The notes below the pieces were generated by a model. It did not search any database and was not told where the DNA came from. It saw only the letters and a list, made by a program, of their open reading frames with translations. A stretch of 64,000 nucleotides of DNA, taken from positions 12,034,002 to 12,098,001 of the forward strand of contig NC_057719.1 in NCBI RefSeq assembly GCF_004010195.1. The letters run 5' to 3'. Positions within the stretch are counted from its first letter, which is position 1. Every line of letters begins with the position of its first letter. The stretch comes from Chiloscyllium plagiosum. Its lineage: Eukaryota. Made by a program: the position numbers and the translations under genes. This document shows positions 38,540 to 51,680 of the stretch, in pieces.

Positions 38540-41500
38540 GCTCAGTTTGAGGTTCTGAATGTAGGTTTGCTTGCTGAGCTGGAAGGTGTGTTTTCAGCCG
38601 TTTCGTCACTATACTAGGTAACATCTTCAGTGAGCCTCCAGATTAAGCATTGGTGGTGTAGCCCGCTTTCTATTGATATGTTTGGGTTTCCTTGGATTGG
38701 TGATATCATTTCCTATGGTGACACCATTTCCTATGGTGATGTTCTTTCCTGGTCTTTTTCTCAGGAGGTGGTAAATGGGATCAAAGACAGAAATCTAGAG
38801 AAATAAATAAGACCGACTTCCAAAAAATGAAACCAGATGGATCCAACACACCACGCTTCTATGAGTTACCCAAAATTCACAAACCAGGAGCCTCCCTCAG
38901 ACCCATAGTCTTGCTACCTGGAACACCAACTTACAGACTGACCAAGGAGCTACACCAAAGAGTAAAACACTTAGTAGAAGACTCATTCCACTCCATTCAC
39001 TCCATCCAAGAATTCCTCAAGACCTTCAAAGACGCCAAGATAGAAGAGGATGAAATAATGGTCTCCTTTGACGTAACAGCCCTGTTCACATCCATCAACA
39101 TCAACCTGGCCAAGGAAACACTGATCACATTATTAGGGGAACCAAAGACACATACACCAAACACCACATACACCAAACACCAAACACCACCAACTGCATC
39201 AGCAAGGACAGTATCGTCAAGCTAGTAGACCTATGTCTTACCACACACTTCACCTTCAACAACAAAACTTACAGACAAACCAATGGAACCATGAGATCTC
39301 CAATATCAGGGCTCTTAGCAGAGGCAGTAATGCAGAGACTCGAACAAACGGCTGTACAAACCATCCAACCCAAACTTTGGGTCCGCTACATGGATGATAC
39401 CTTTGTCATCATTAAACGGAACAAATTAGATGAAACCTTCAAGACCATCAATAATACCCTTACTGGTATAAAATTCACTAAGGGGAGCAAAACATCAACA
39501 AAATGTCATTTCGCAGTAGTGTGAACAGCCAATAGGGAACTTCAACAAGCGTCTACAAGAAAACAACACATACAAACCAAATATTGAACCACAGAAGCAA
39601 TCATCCCAACATCCACAAACAAAGTTACATTAGAACATTATTTCAATGAGTCACTACACACTGCAGCACAGAGGAACTACGCAGAGCAGAGGAAAACCAC
39701 CTATACAGTGTATTCAAAAAGAACGGGTACCCAATGAACACAGTCCGCTGATTTCTCAGCAACAAACCCAAAAAAGCAGACAAAGCACGTCCAGAAGCCC
39801 TAGCCACTCTCCCCTACATCAAAGACATCTCAGAAATGACTGCCAGACTACTCAGACTCCTTGGCATCATGGTAGCCTATAGACCCACCAATACACTAAA
39901 ACAGCAGCTAATGAACTTGAAAGACCCTATACAGACAACGAGCAAAATTAATGTTATTTACAAAATACCTTGCAAGAACTGTAACAAACACTACATTGGA
40001 CAAACAGGCAGAAAACTAGCCACCAGGATACATGAACATCAACTAGCCACAAAAAGACATGACCCACTCTCACTAGTATCCTTACACATGGATGAGGAAG
40101 GACACCACTTTGAGTGAGACAACATATCCTTCCGAGGACAAGCCAAACAGAAACACGCATGAGAATTCCTAGTAGCATTCCAACCTGAATTCTATCAACA
40201 AACACATTGACTTGGATCCCATTTGCCACTCCCTGAGAAAAAGAACAGGAAATGACATTACCATAGGAAATGTATACCATAGCAAAGATGAATGGAAAAT
40301 CGGAGGACTGGGAAGCTTTTAAAGAACAACAGAGGATAACTAAAAAGGAAATATGCAAAGAAAAAATAAGGTACGAAGGTAAAGTGGCCAAAAATATAAA
40401 GAAGGATAGTAAAGGCTTTTTTAGGTATGTGAGAAGAAAAAAAATGGTTAAGACTAAAATTGGGCCCTTGAAGACAGGAACGGGTGCATTTATTACAGGG
40501 AACAAAGAAATGGCAGAAGAGTTGAATTGGTACTTTAGATCTGTCTTCACTGGGGAAGACACGATCAATTTCTCAGATGTAATAGTGGCTGAAGGACTTG
40601 AACTGAAGGGAATTTATATTAGGCAGGAAATGGTGTTGGAGAGACTGTTAGGTCTGAAGGCTGATAAGTCCGCAGGACCTGATGGTTTGCATCCCAGGGT
40701 ACTGAAGGAGGTGGCTCTAGAAATCGTGGATGCATTGGTGATCATTTTCCAATGTTCTATAGATTCAGGATCAGTTCCTGCAGATTTGAGGGCGGCTATT
40801 GATGTCCCACTTTTTAAGAAAGGAGGGAGAGAGAAAACAGAGAATTATAGACCAGTTAGTCTGACCTCAGTGGTGGGAAAAATGCTGGAGTCAATTACAA
40901 AGGACAAAATTATGACACATCTGGATAGCAGTAACAGGATAGGTCAGAGTCAGCATGGATTTATGAAGGGGAAATCATGCTTGACTAATCTTCTGGAATT
41001 TTTTGAGGATGTAACTCTGAAGATGGACAAGGAAGATCCAGTGGATGTAGTATACCTGGATTTTCAGAAAGCCTTTGATAAAGTCCCACATAGGAGGTTA
41101 CTGAGCAAAATTAGGGCACATGGAATAAGGGGCAAAATACTGACATGGATTGAAAATTAGTTGGCTGACAGGAAACAAAGAGTAGTAATAAACGGCTTCC
41201 TTTCGGAATGGCAGGCGGTGACCAGTGGTGTGCCGCAGGGATCAGTGCTGGGACTGCAGCTTTTTTCAATGTACATTAATGATATGGATGAAGGTATTAA
41301 AAGTAATATTAGCAAATTTGCTGATGACACAAAGCTGGGTGGCAGGGTGAAATCTGAAGAGGATGTTAGGAGAATACAGGGTGACCTGGACAGGCTAGGT
41401 GAGTGGACGGATGCAATGCAGATGCAGTTTTATGTGGATAAATGTGTGGTTATCCACTTTGGTGGCAAGAACAGGAAAGCAGATTACTACCTAAATGGAG

Positions 41501-42415
41501 TCAAGTTAGGTAAAGGGGCAGTACAACGAGATCTAGGTGTTCTTGTACATCAGTCAATGAAAGCAAGCATGCAGGTACAGTAGGCAGTGAAGAAAGCTAA
41601 TAGCACGCTGGCCTTCATTACAAGAGGAATTGAGTATAGAAGCAAAGAGGTCCTTCTGCAGCTGTACAGGGCCCTGGTGAGACCGCACCTGGAATATTGT
41701 GCGCAGTTTTGGTCTCCAAATTTGACGAAAGACATTCTGGCTATTGAGGGAGTGCAGCGTAGGTTCACGAGGTCAATTCCTGGAATGGCGGGACTATCTT
41801 ACGGGGAAAGATTGGAGCAACTGGACTTGTATACGCTTGAGTTTAGAAGGCTGAGAGGGGATCTGATTGAGACGTACAAGATTATTAAAGGATTGGACAC
41901 TCTGGAGGCAGGAAGCATGTTTCCGCTGATGGGTGTATCCTGAACCAGAGGACACAGTTTAAAAATAAGGGTTAGGCCACTTAGAACAGAGTTGAGGAGA
42001 AACCTCTTCACCCAGAGAGTGGAGGGTGTATGGAATGCACTGCCCCAGAAGGCTGTGGAAGCCAAGTCTCTGGACACTTTCAAGAAAGAGTTGGATAGAG
42101 GTCTTAAGGATAGTGGAATCAGGGGTTATGGGGATAGGGAAGGAACAGGATACTGATTGAGGATGATCAGCCATGATCATAATGAATGGTGGTGCTGGCT
42201 CGAAGGGCAGAATGGCCTATTCCTGCACCTATTGTCTATTGAAATAACGTCGCCACAGGAAATGACATCACCAACCCAAGGAAACCCAAACATATAAATA
42301 GAAAGCGGGCTACACTACCAGTGCTTCATCCGGAGGCTCACTGAAGATATTACCTGGTATGGTGGTGAAACATCTGAAAACAAACCTTCCAGCTCAGCGA
42401 GCAAACCTACACCCA
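38540..42415 (+). mobile_element. Penelope-like element (second lineage): RT + GIY-YIG, 5' inverted pLTR, interrupted by CR1
   Basis: PRFYELPKIHKPG, MVSFDVTALFTSI, WVRYMDDTF, NVIYKIPCKNCNKHYIGQTGR; 38540-38785 is the reverse complement of the 3' end (40212-40270 plus 42241-42415). Confidence 0.93.
40271..42240 (+). mobile_element. CR1-type LINE (third subfamily), relatively intact 5'-truncated ORF2, nested in the Penelope pLTR
   Basis: One frame with few stops: DKSAGPDGLHPRVLKE, YLDFQKAFDKV, GVPQGSVLG, KFADDTK; tail ctattgtctatt; gaaat on both sides. Confidence 0.93.
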
Positions 42416-42447
42416 TAAATGAAATTTTATATTGAACAATAACTTCA

Positions 42448-44960
42448 TGAAATAACTCCACATTGGCCGATATCCCGTCGCCAAGTCACTCTTTATTTTG
42501 ACACGGAGAGTCCTTATCACAGATCCAGCTCCCTCAGAGCCAGTTCTCAGAGGGAACAGAACATTTGATACTCTTGTTCTCTTTTTTTTAGAGTCGTCTG
42601 TCTGGAATTGGTATTCCTGATGCCATTTTACCTTCTCCAGCTAGGTCCAGGAAGATCAGATTTAACCTGGTGCAGAGTCTTCTCCTTATTAGTAACACTG
42701 TCGGAGCTATCCCTGTAGTTGACGGGGGGTTGCCCTGTAATCAAATTGGAACTGGAACAGTTTTGTGTCTAGTGAAGTTGTAGGCTGTTTTTATCAGCCT
42801 GCCTTCAAAGTTTGGACTGTACTTTCTGCCAAATTGGATGAGGGAGTACTTTGGATGATGGATGGAATGGAGCTATCTTTAAATGTTGAATGACATTTGA
42901 ATTTAGGAAATACTCAAAATTCCCTGCAGGTAAACGACGGTCTGTTATCTGTAACCAACACTTCTGGGAGCCCATGTATTGCAAAAGATGCATGCAGTTT
43001 TTCTATCGTTGTCCCCCATGTTTGACAAATGAACGCTATGCACATACAGCCACTCTGAGTGCTCATCCACAATGACTAAGAACATTGAGCCCATTAAAGG
43101 ACATGCATAGTCGACATATAACCATCTAAGGTTTACCCGGCCATTCTTGCCAATGTGGGGGAGCTGTTGATGGTAATGTTTTTTCTTGTTGGCACTCTGG
43201 GCATTGCCACACCAGTGCAGCCACTAGGGATATCTTCTTGGCAACATCTGCATTTTGAAAACCTCTGATGACCCTGGTGTTCAGCCAATATCTGGCGGTA
43301 ACCTTCACTCAGGCAATCACACTTCCTCCTTATATTAATATGCCATCCTCTACTGTATTCTGGTCACTCCGGGTCGAAAACTTCTAGTTGTAATGGCTCT
43401 TTGGTTGCCCCTATTACCACCAGCTGTTTCAATTTTGCCAGGACAGGATATTTCTGCATCCAAAGTCTGATGTTGTCAGCTGTGACTGGAAGTGTGTCCA
43501 GAAAATTAAAAACCATTAAGACTCTTCCGATGGCTTTACCATCAGCAGTGTATCTGCCAGTGGGAGGTAGCTCAATACAGCCCCATTTGCTACATTAACT
43601 CCCAACTTACAATTATACGCACTTAGTATTAGAGCCCACCACTGAATTTGGCCTGATGCTATAAACGGCACTGCCCTATCCTCTTTAAGTAGACCTAGCA
43701 GGGGTTTATGGTTCGCTATTATTACATTTACATCTGTAAAGGTATTGGTGGAACTTCCTGACTCCAAATATGACCACCAAACATTCTTACTCTATGTGGG
43801 TGTTTTTATGATCTGCATTAGCCGAACTGCTGGATGTATACGCCCTTGGGTGTTCCTTTCCATTGGGCTACTGTGAGCTAATACTACCCTGATGCTGTGT
43901 GGGGAGGCATCACATGTCAATACCAGATCTTGCTTGGGATCATGGTGTGCTTAGAGGCTTAGTAGATGATGGCTGTTTCTTCACTTCCCTGAAATCTATG
44001 GCTTGGCTAAGCAACCATTTTCAAGGCTGACTCATTTTTTAAGAGTTGATGAAAAGATTCCACGATGGAGGCCAGAGTGTATATGAACTTTCTGTAATAA
44101 TTCACCTGCCCAATGGAAGACCTAAGCTCCCGTACAGAGTCGGGACACCTTTGATCATCCTCACTTTATCCTCCAACAGGTGTAATCCAGTCTTGTCAAT
44201 TCTGTAGCCCAAGTAGGTCATTTTGTATGTCTGGAACAAGATTTTTCTCTTCTACTGTCTGGATTAGATTTGATTAGATTCCCTACAGTGTGGAAACAGA
44301 CCCTTCGGCCCAAAAGTCCACACCGACCCTCCGAAGAGCAACCCAACCAGACCCATTTCCCTCTGACCAATGTACCTAACACTATGTGCAATTTAGCTTG
44401 GCCAATTCACCTAACCCGCTCAGCTTTGGACTGTGGGAGGAAACCAGAGAACCCAGAGGAAACCCATGCTGACATGGGGAGAATGTGCAAACTCCACACA
44501 GACAGTCGCCCGAGGCTGGAATTGAACCTGGGACCCTGGTACTGTGAGGCAGCAGTGCTAACCACTGAGCCACCATGCCACCCAAAGGAGAATATAGGAG
44601 AAATATCTAAGGACTATGTCCAAGTTTTCTTAGTGCTTCTTATTGATTTTCCCTGTTATTAGCACGTGAACTAGACAATAGTGACCTGGCGTAGACCTTG
44701 TAAAATGTTCTCCATTGCCCACTGAAAAGTTACACAGGCTGATGATACCCCAAATGGCAATCTTGTATATTGGTACAAACCCTTATATTGTATCATATTT
44801 CTGGAAATCCTCATCCAACCACAACTGCAAGTATGCATGGCTCATGTCCAGCATATTAAGTACTCTTTCAGATGAGGTCCAGAGAGATACAACAGCAGTT
44901 AGGCAGACAAAGGGAAGAATAATAGTGAGCCGGGAAGGAAGAAAAGCTGATAACAGGGAC
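42448..44960 (-). mobile_element. Decayed Gypsy/Ty3 LTR retrotransposon (RT, RNase H, integrase remnants, partial 3' LTR)
   Basis: Minus-strand KGLYQYTRLPFGVSSA (about 44740-44785), LVLTCDASP (about 43905-43930), NHKPLLGLL...WALILSAY, WPGKP; LTR portion 42448-42580. Confidence 0.85.
44263..44583 (-). mobile_element. HE1-type SINE nested in the Gypsy remnant
   Basis: Full tRNA head, V-core and gatta-type tail. Confidence 0.9.
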
Positions 44961-44986
44961 CAATAGTTGGTTTAAAAAAAGGGTTG

Positions 44987-45201
44987 AGGAGAAAGTGAGG
45001 TCTGCAGATGCTGGAGATCAGAGCTGGAAATGTGTTGCTGTAAAAGCGCAGCAGGTCAGGCAGCATCCAGGGAACAGGAGAATCGACGTTTCGGGCATAA
45101 GCCCTTCTTCAGGAAGAAGGGCTTATGCCCGAAACGTCGATTCTCCTGTTCCCTGGATGCTGCCTGACCTGCTGCACTTTTCCAGCAACACATTTTCAGC
45201 T
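44987..45201. mobile_element. Palindromic hammerhead-bearing PLE mini-element
   Basis: Arms 45022-45110 and 45113-45201 with a 2-nt spacer; young (CpGs intact). Confidence 0.88.
45082..45115 (-). ncRNA. Minimal type-I hammerhead ribozyme motif
   Basis: ttc-CTGAAGA-A-GGGC-ttat-GCCC-GAAAC-GTC-gat. Confidence 0.7.
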
Positions 45202-46230
45202 ATAACCTGGTGTTGTCTGATTTTTAACTTTGTACACAATTGGAAATTTAGCACTGAGCCCATGATGGATTTTACCATTTATCCTTCTGTAGAGGTCAGT
45301 CTTTGGGTGGTAGCAATGAGACAGACAGAACAAAGCTGCAAAGGCCAAGGGATTACATTTCTTTTACATCGAATATGAAAATGAAGCAGGATCCTCAGTG
45401 CAATAATGAGAGACTGCTGCACTGTTTGAGTTACCAACCTTTGTTAAAGAGCAAACTGAAGCTCATCTACTTTTCAGCTGAACTAAAAAGAACAGTAGGG
45501 GATTTACCCATGATGTATCCCTCAATCAACATCACATAGATTATCAGGTTACTGTCATCACATTACTGGTGTGAAAACTTCCTATATGAAAGTTTATTAT
45601 GACATTTTAGCAGTAGTTACATTTTAACAGTATTTCATTGACTATAAAGTCGCATCCGTGTTTCATGAAAGTTATTACATGAACACAAGTCCTGCTTTTT
45701 CTTTTGAACAGCATTTAGACCTAATACAGGAATCCAACAAGAGGCCAGTACATTCTGCAGAAAAGAAAATTGTCAAGGAAATGTTTGTTTGTCCTTCCAT
45801 TTCAGGCTGTACTAATATAATGGAATAAAACCAAAGAGAAAGTACAAGCAAGCCGTGCATTTAAACAGGACCAACCTCAACCGCAATAGCCCTATGAGGA
45901 ATCCAGATCCATTTATTAATCATATCCATATAATGTTGATGAATATTACACCTTTGAAGAAACTGACAATATAAAGTATAGCTTTCAGCTTAGGCTGAGG
46001 ACAATATAGTACAAGTCACAACTAGTTCCTCAGAGATCTAATTACCTTAAAAGACCAGTGAACATCTACAAGGCAGATTATCTATAATTATAATAATAAT
46101 AGTAGAATTGCAATATGCAACAGAATTCTATACTTGAGGCAGTTTGACAAACTATATTTCTATGGCTTAATTCAGCACGAGCACTGCACCATTGATATTG
46201 TCTGCTCCATTTTCTTCTGTCTACACTTAC

Positions 46231-46319
46231 CCAGCTAAATCTTTGACATGAATGGTTGGAACAACATTTTTTCCTTCTCCAAAGCATGGTATTGCTGGAT
46301 TCAGCCCAAGCCAGGCTTC
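46231..46319 (-). CDS. AK7: AK7 exon ([30 protein letters not shown])
   Basis: atttag acceptor, gtaagt donor, 89 nt, phase 0 to 2; PTIHV.DLAG motif. Confidence 0.95.
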
Positions 46320-46799
46320 CTAAATACAGAAAGAAAATTTGCACAAATCCAGCATTACACAAGTGCATTCTATTTGAAGCCTGCAAATTTTACGAGAATT
46401 AATTGCAATTAACATAAAATCATCAGTAAGATCAGACCAAAGTCGAATCTATTTTTGACAGATTCAGTGTAAGTAAAGTTCGGAAAAACATGACTTTTTT
46501 TTTAAAAACCATCAGATAATGTAGTCCCAATCACAAAAAGATAAAATGGATTTCATTAGCAAGGATGAGCCTTTAACAAAATAAAATATCCCAAAACTGA
46601 GGTCACAAAAATAGACAAACCTGGTCAAAGAGGTGGCATTTAAGGAGAATTTTTTAAAAAGAAATGAGAGGGATAATGACACAGAAGTTAGGGGTGTAAA
46701 TTCCAGAGTTCAGGGTCCAGGCAGCTGAAGGCATGGTCACCAGTTGTGGACTAATTAAATCAGAGCTGCTCAGAGGCCAGAAGTAGATGAGTACATTTT

Positions 46800-49370
46800 T
46801 TTGTTTGCCCATTCTTGGAATATGGGCCCATCCTTAGTAGAAAGGATGAGTGTGCTGGTGGGTGGTAGTGAACTGCCTTCTTGAACTACTGCAATCCAAT
46901 GCTGTTAGGGAGTGAATCTGATCCTGTAACAATGAAAATGATGATGTATTTCCAAACTTGGATGGTTCATGGCTTAGTAGGGAACCTGCAGGTAGTGGTC
47001 TTCATCTGTTTCTGTTGCCCTTGTCCTTCTAAATGCTGGTAGTCATGGTGCTGTATAAGGATGTTTGGTCAATTGCTGTGGTGCATCTTGCACATGGTAC
47101 ACTGTTGCTACTGTGCGTCTGTGGTGGAGGCACTGAATATTTGAGGATGTGGTGCCAGTCAAGTAGGCTGCTTTGTCCTGGATGGTAACGAGCTTTTTGA
47201 ATTGCACTCATCCAAGCAAGAGGAAAGTATTCCATCGCACTCTGGACTTGTGCCTTTAGAATATGGACAAGTTCTGAGAAGTCAGGAATTAAGTTGTAGA
47301 ATTCATAGCCTCTGAACTTCTGCTGTAGCCACACTATTTACATGGCTAGTCCAGTTCTGTTTCTTTTTAATTGTAACCATTTAAATTGTGGATAGTGGGA
47401 TTTCAGTGATGGTAATACAAATGGGGGTGACAAGTTCTGGAGCACAAGTCAGTAAATTCGCTGGAATATTTCAAGGTCCACTGACTTTGCAATATCCTGT
47501 ACCTTCAGCTATTTTTGATATTACATGGAGTGAATCAAATTGACTGAAGACTGGTATGTGATGCTGAGGACCACCAAAGAAGGCTGAAATGGATTGTCCA
47601 CTTTGCATTTCTGGCTGAAGATTGTTGCAGATGCTTCAGCCATATATTTTTCATTGATGTATTGGACTCCCCCATCCTTGTTGTTTAATTATCCAATTCA
47701 CAACTGGATGAACTGAGGTCTGACTACGAGTTGTGGAATTGCATGGCCCTTAGAATTGTTGATCACCCGCTGTTTATGTCATTTGACATGCACGTATTCC
47801 AGTGTTGTGACTTAACCGCGTGTTTAGGTGTGCCTAATGTTAATCCTGGCATGGCATCCTGCACTTTTCATTGAACTGGTGTTGATCCCTTGGCTTTATG
47901 GTAATATGCGATACACCAGCCATGAGGTTGCAGATTATATTGGAGCACAAGTCTGCTGATGCCAATGGCCGGAAAAAGTGAGGAATGCAGATGCTGGAGA
48001 TCAGCTCCTTGGATGCTATCTGACCTGCTGTGCTTTTCCAGCACCACACTCTTGACTCTGATGCCAGTGTTGAGTTGTTAGATCTGTTCAAATCCTATTC
48101 CACTTTGCACAATGGTAGTGCCTCACAACATGATGGAGGGTATCCTCAGTCTGAAGAAGGGACTGTGTCTCCATAAGAACTTTGCAGTGGTCACTCCTAC
48201 TAAAATTGTCATTGAGAGAAGCATTTGCAGCAGGCAGATTGGTGGGATGAGGTCCAATATGTTTTTTCGTTTGGTTGGTTCCTTCACCATTTGCCCTAGA
48301 TCCAATCCAGCAGCTATGTCCTTTAAGAGTCAACCAGGTCAGTTTGTAGTGATGCTACTGAGCCAATCTTAGTGATGGATGCTAAAATCCCCATACGAGA
48401 GTACATTCTGCATAGAGTATAGAGTCCTAGAGATGTACAGCACGGAAACAGACCCTTCGATCCAACCTGTCCATGCTGACCGGATATCCCAACCCAATCT
48501 AGTCCACTTGCCAGCACCCGGCCCATATCCCTCCAAACCTTTCCTATTCATATACCCATCCAAATGGCTTTTAAATGTTGCATTTGTACTAGCCTCCACC
48601 ACTTCCTCTGGCAGCTCATACACGTACCACCGTCTGCTTGAAAACATTGCCCCTTAGGTCTCTTTTATATCTTTCCCCCCTCACCCTAAATCTATGCCCT
48701 TTAGTTCTGGATTTCCCCACCCCAGGGAAAAGACTTTATCTATTTATCCTATCCATGCCCCTCAATTTTGTAAACCTCTATAAGGTCACCCCTCAGCCTC
48801 CGACACTCCAGGGAAAACAGCTCCAGCCTGTTCAGCCTCTCCCTGTAGCTCAAATCCTCCAACCCTGGCAACATCCTTGTTAATCTTTTCTGAACCCTTT
48901 CAAGTTTCACAACATCTGTCCGATAGGAAGGAGACCAGATTTGCACGCAATATTCCAACAATATTCTAACCAATGTCCAGTACAGCCACAACATGACCTC
49001 CCAACTCCTGTACTCAAAACTCTGATCAACAAAGCATCTTTGGAGAAGATCGACTCCAAGTGGAGTTTACCATGGAGGATTGCTAATTTATTAGTTGAGC
49101 AGAGCAGTAATCAGCAGGAGAATTTCTCATTCTTGTTTAATCTGATGCCATGAGACTTCATGGAATCTTGAATCTTCATGGAATGTTGAGAAATCCTATG
49201 GCAACTCCCTCCTGGCTGTATACCACCATGCAGCATCACATCTTGCTTTTTGGACAGGACATACCCAAGGGTGGTGATGTTGTCCAGGACATTATTCTGA
49301 GTATGACTATATCAGGCCATTACTTAATTAGTCTGTGAGACAACTCTCCCAAATTTGAAACTTGCCTCCA
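46800..49370 (-). mobile_element. Old, highly decayed non-LTR LINE (CR1/L2 group) with nested insertions
   Basis: QMVKEPTKRKNILDL and SDH endonuclease remnants, AQVQSAMEYFPLAW RT C-terminus; related 3' ends at 18660-19105 and 50060-50580. Confidence 0.65.
48413..49030 (-). mobile_element. CR1-type LINE 3' part
   Basis: LLEYCVQIWSP...RRLRGDLIEVYK; tail. Confidence 0.9.
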
Positions 49371-51144
49371 TTTAATAGTACAAATAGGAGAACTGTGAGG
49401 CTTGATAAGATTACAGGGATGGGAATGGCAAAACTATAGTATGCTTTGAAAACAAGAATCAGAATTTTAAAATCAAGGCACTATTTGATTTATGCCAACA
49501 CAGTTTAGCAAGCTTAGGAATAGTACTTGGATGAGATTTAGTGTGAATAAAGATAAGGGCAATAAAGTTTTAAATGACCACATTTATGGAAGGTGAGACC
49601 AGCTAAGAGTTCAATGGTATAATCAAGTTATGAGTTAACAAAGATTTGATTGAAGGTTTCAGCAGAATACAGAACATAGAGAATGCTGCAGAAGGCCAAC
49701 AGGTTTGGCTCTTTCTGTGGAATTTTAAAATACTTTTGACAAAGCTTACTTTGTCTTTTTAAAAGTATATTTTTAAAAACCCATTTTCAACACCTTTCAG
49801 TTGTAAGAAGAGTCATATGGGATTTGAAACATGAACTGGTATTCTCTCTTTCCACAGATGCTGCCAGACCAGTTGAGTTTCTTCAGCATTCTCTGTGTTT
49901 GCTTCAGGTTTCCAACATCTGCAGTATTTTGCTTTTATTTCAGAAGAATATGATCTTTCCTCGAAGCACTGCCAATTTATGTTTCTTTTCAAGAAAATAT
50001 CTGAAGTAAAACAACTTGCTCCTGGAAAATAAAATTGCATAACTTTAAAAAAAATGTCATAGGATGTGGGCATTAATGGGTAAGCCAGCATTTGTTACCC
50101 ATTCCATAATATCATTCAGGATGTGGTGGTGAACTATATTTTAAAACAGCTGCAATCCATCTGGAACACAGTACTATTAGAGAGAGAGTTCCAGAAGTCT
50201 GATCTAGTGACAGCAAAGGAGTAAGTCAGGAAGTTGTGTCACTTTCAATGGAATTTGCTGGTGAGGTCCCCAAGCTCCTGCTGCTCTTGTCTTTTTAAAT
50301 GATAGAGGTGAAGGGTTTGGAAGGTGCTGTTGAAGGAATCTTTGTGAATTCCTGTAGCACTTCTTGCCAAAGCTGGCACTGTTCATTGATGGAGGAAGAA
50401 ATGGATATTTAATATGGTGTATCCAGTGTCAATCAAATGAGCTGCTTTGTTGGTGGGGATTCACTGATGGCAATGTTATTGAATATAAAGGGTACATGGT
50501 AAGATTCTCTTTTGTTGCAGATGACAATTCCTAACACTTCCACTACATTAATATTACTTGCTACTTATCAGCTCAAACTTGAATAGTGAGTGGATTTGAG
50601 TGCAGGAATGGGGATGTCTTGCTGCACCTCTGCAGGTGTGTAATGAGACCACACCAGAGGTATTGTGTCCAATTTTGGTCTCCTTATTTGAAGAATAATG
50701 TTCTGGTTATGTAGGGATTATCAGATTGATTCCAGGAGTGGCAGGACTGACGTATGAAGAGACATTGGATCAGTTAGGACTATATTAGTTGGAGTTTGGA
50801 AGAATCAGGGGTTATTATAGAAATTTATAAAATTCTAGCAGAACTATATGAAATAGAACTAAAGGGGAAAAGGGATATGGAGAGAAAGTAGGAACAGTGT
50901 ATTAAGTTGGATAATCAGCCATGATCATATTTAGTGGTGGAGCAGACTCGAGAATGGAATGGCCTACACTTGCTCCTATTTTCTATATTTCTATGAATGT
51001 TGTCCAAGTCTTGCTGCATGTGCACAAAGACTGTTTCAGTATCCGATGAATTGTCAATGTTGTTAAATATTCTGCAATCAGTAGCGAACATTCCTAATTC
51101 TGTCCTAATGATAGAGAGATGGTCACAGTTGAAGCAAAGCAGGT

Positions 51145-51680
51145 GAGGCTGTGGCTTAGTGATAATGTCATTAGATTGATAATCTAGAGCCCCAGGTAGA
51201 CTGCTAAATGGACCTCTCTAACTTCAAGTAATGTTGATCTTGCTTATGTTGCTTTTTGCAACTTCTGTGCAGTGTAATTTGTGTGCCTTGCTCTGCCTAA
51301 GCAGCCTATGATCTATATGTCCTTGTTTGCGTTGATCTGCCTGTACTGCTTGCAAAATAGGCACATGTGACTACAATAAATCAAATCAAATCAAATTTCA
51401 AATCCCATTGTGGCAAACAGTGAAGTTTAATTTTCAAAAAACCTGGAATCAAAGACAGGCTGATGAACATGTAACCATTATCAACTGGAATGATAATCCA
51501 TCTGGTGCAGTAATGTTCTTTTGGAAAGGAAATATGCTGTCTTTATCTGGTGAACCAGAACCTGAATAATATGATTGACTCTTCATTATCCTCTGAAATG
51601 CCCTACACAGTCACCAATTCAAGCCCAATTAGGATTGGGGAACAAACACTGGCCCACACCCCTGCAAACATAAAATAAAT
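51145..51680 (+). mobile_element. Old tRNA-related SINE (second family); other copies at about 5830-6060, 15830-16085 (-) and 27475-27760
   Basis: Recurrent blocks tagtgataatgt, caaatcc, aaacctggaat, ctaatg...ggaaggaaa, ctctgaaatg. Confidence 0.55.

Noticed and set aside
38700..38750. Short direct repeats (catttcctatggtga) resembling an array
   Set aside because: Only 2-3 units with no unique spacers; part of the Penelope pLTR, not CRISPR
40270..41943. Long RT ORFs as a possible active or domesticated gene, or a prokaryote-style RT system
   Set aside because: 5'-truncated CR1 ORF2 lacking the endonuclease, with in-frame stops at 41158 and 41581; eukaryotic intronic context
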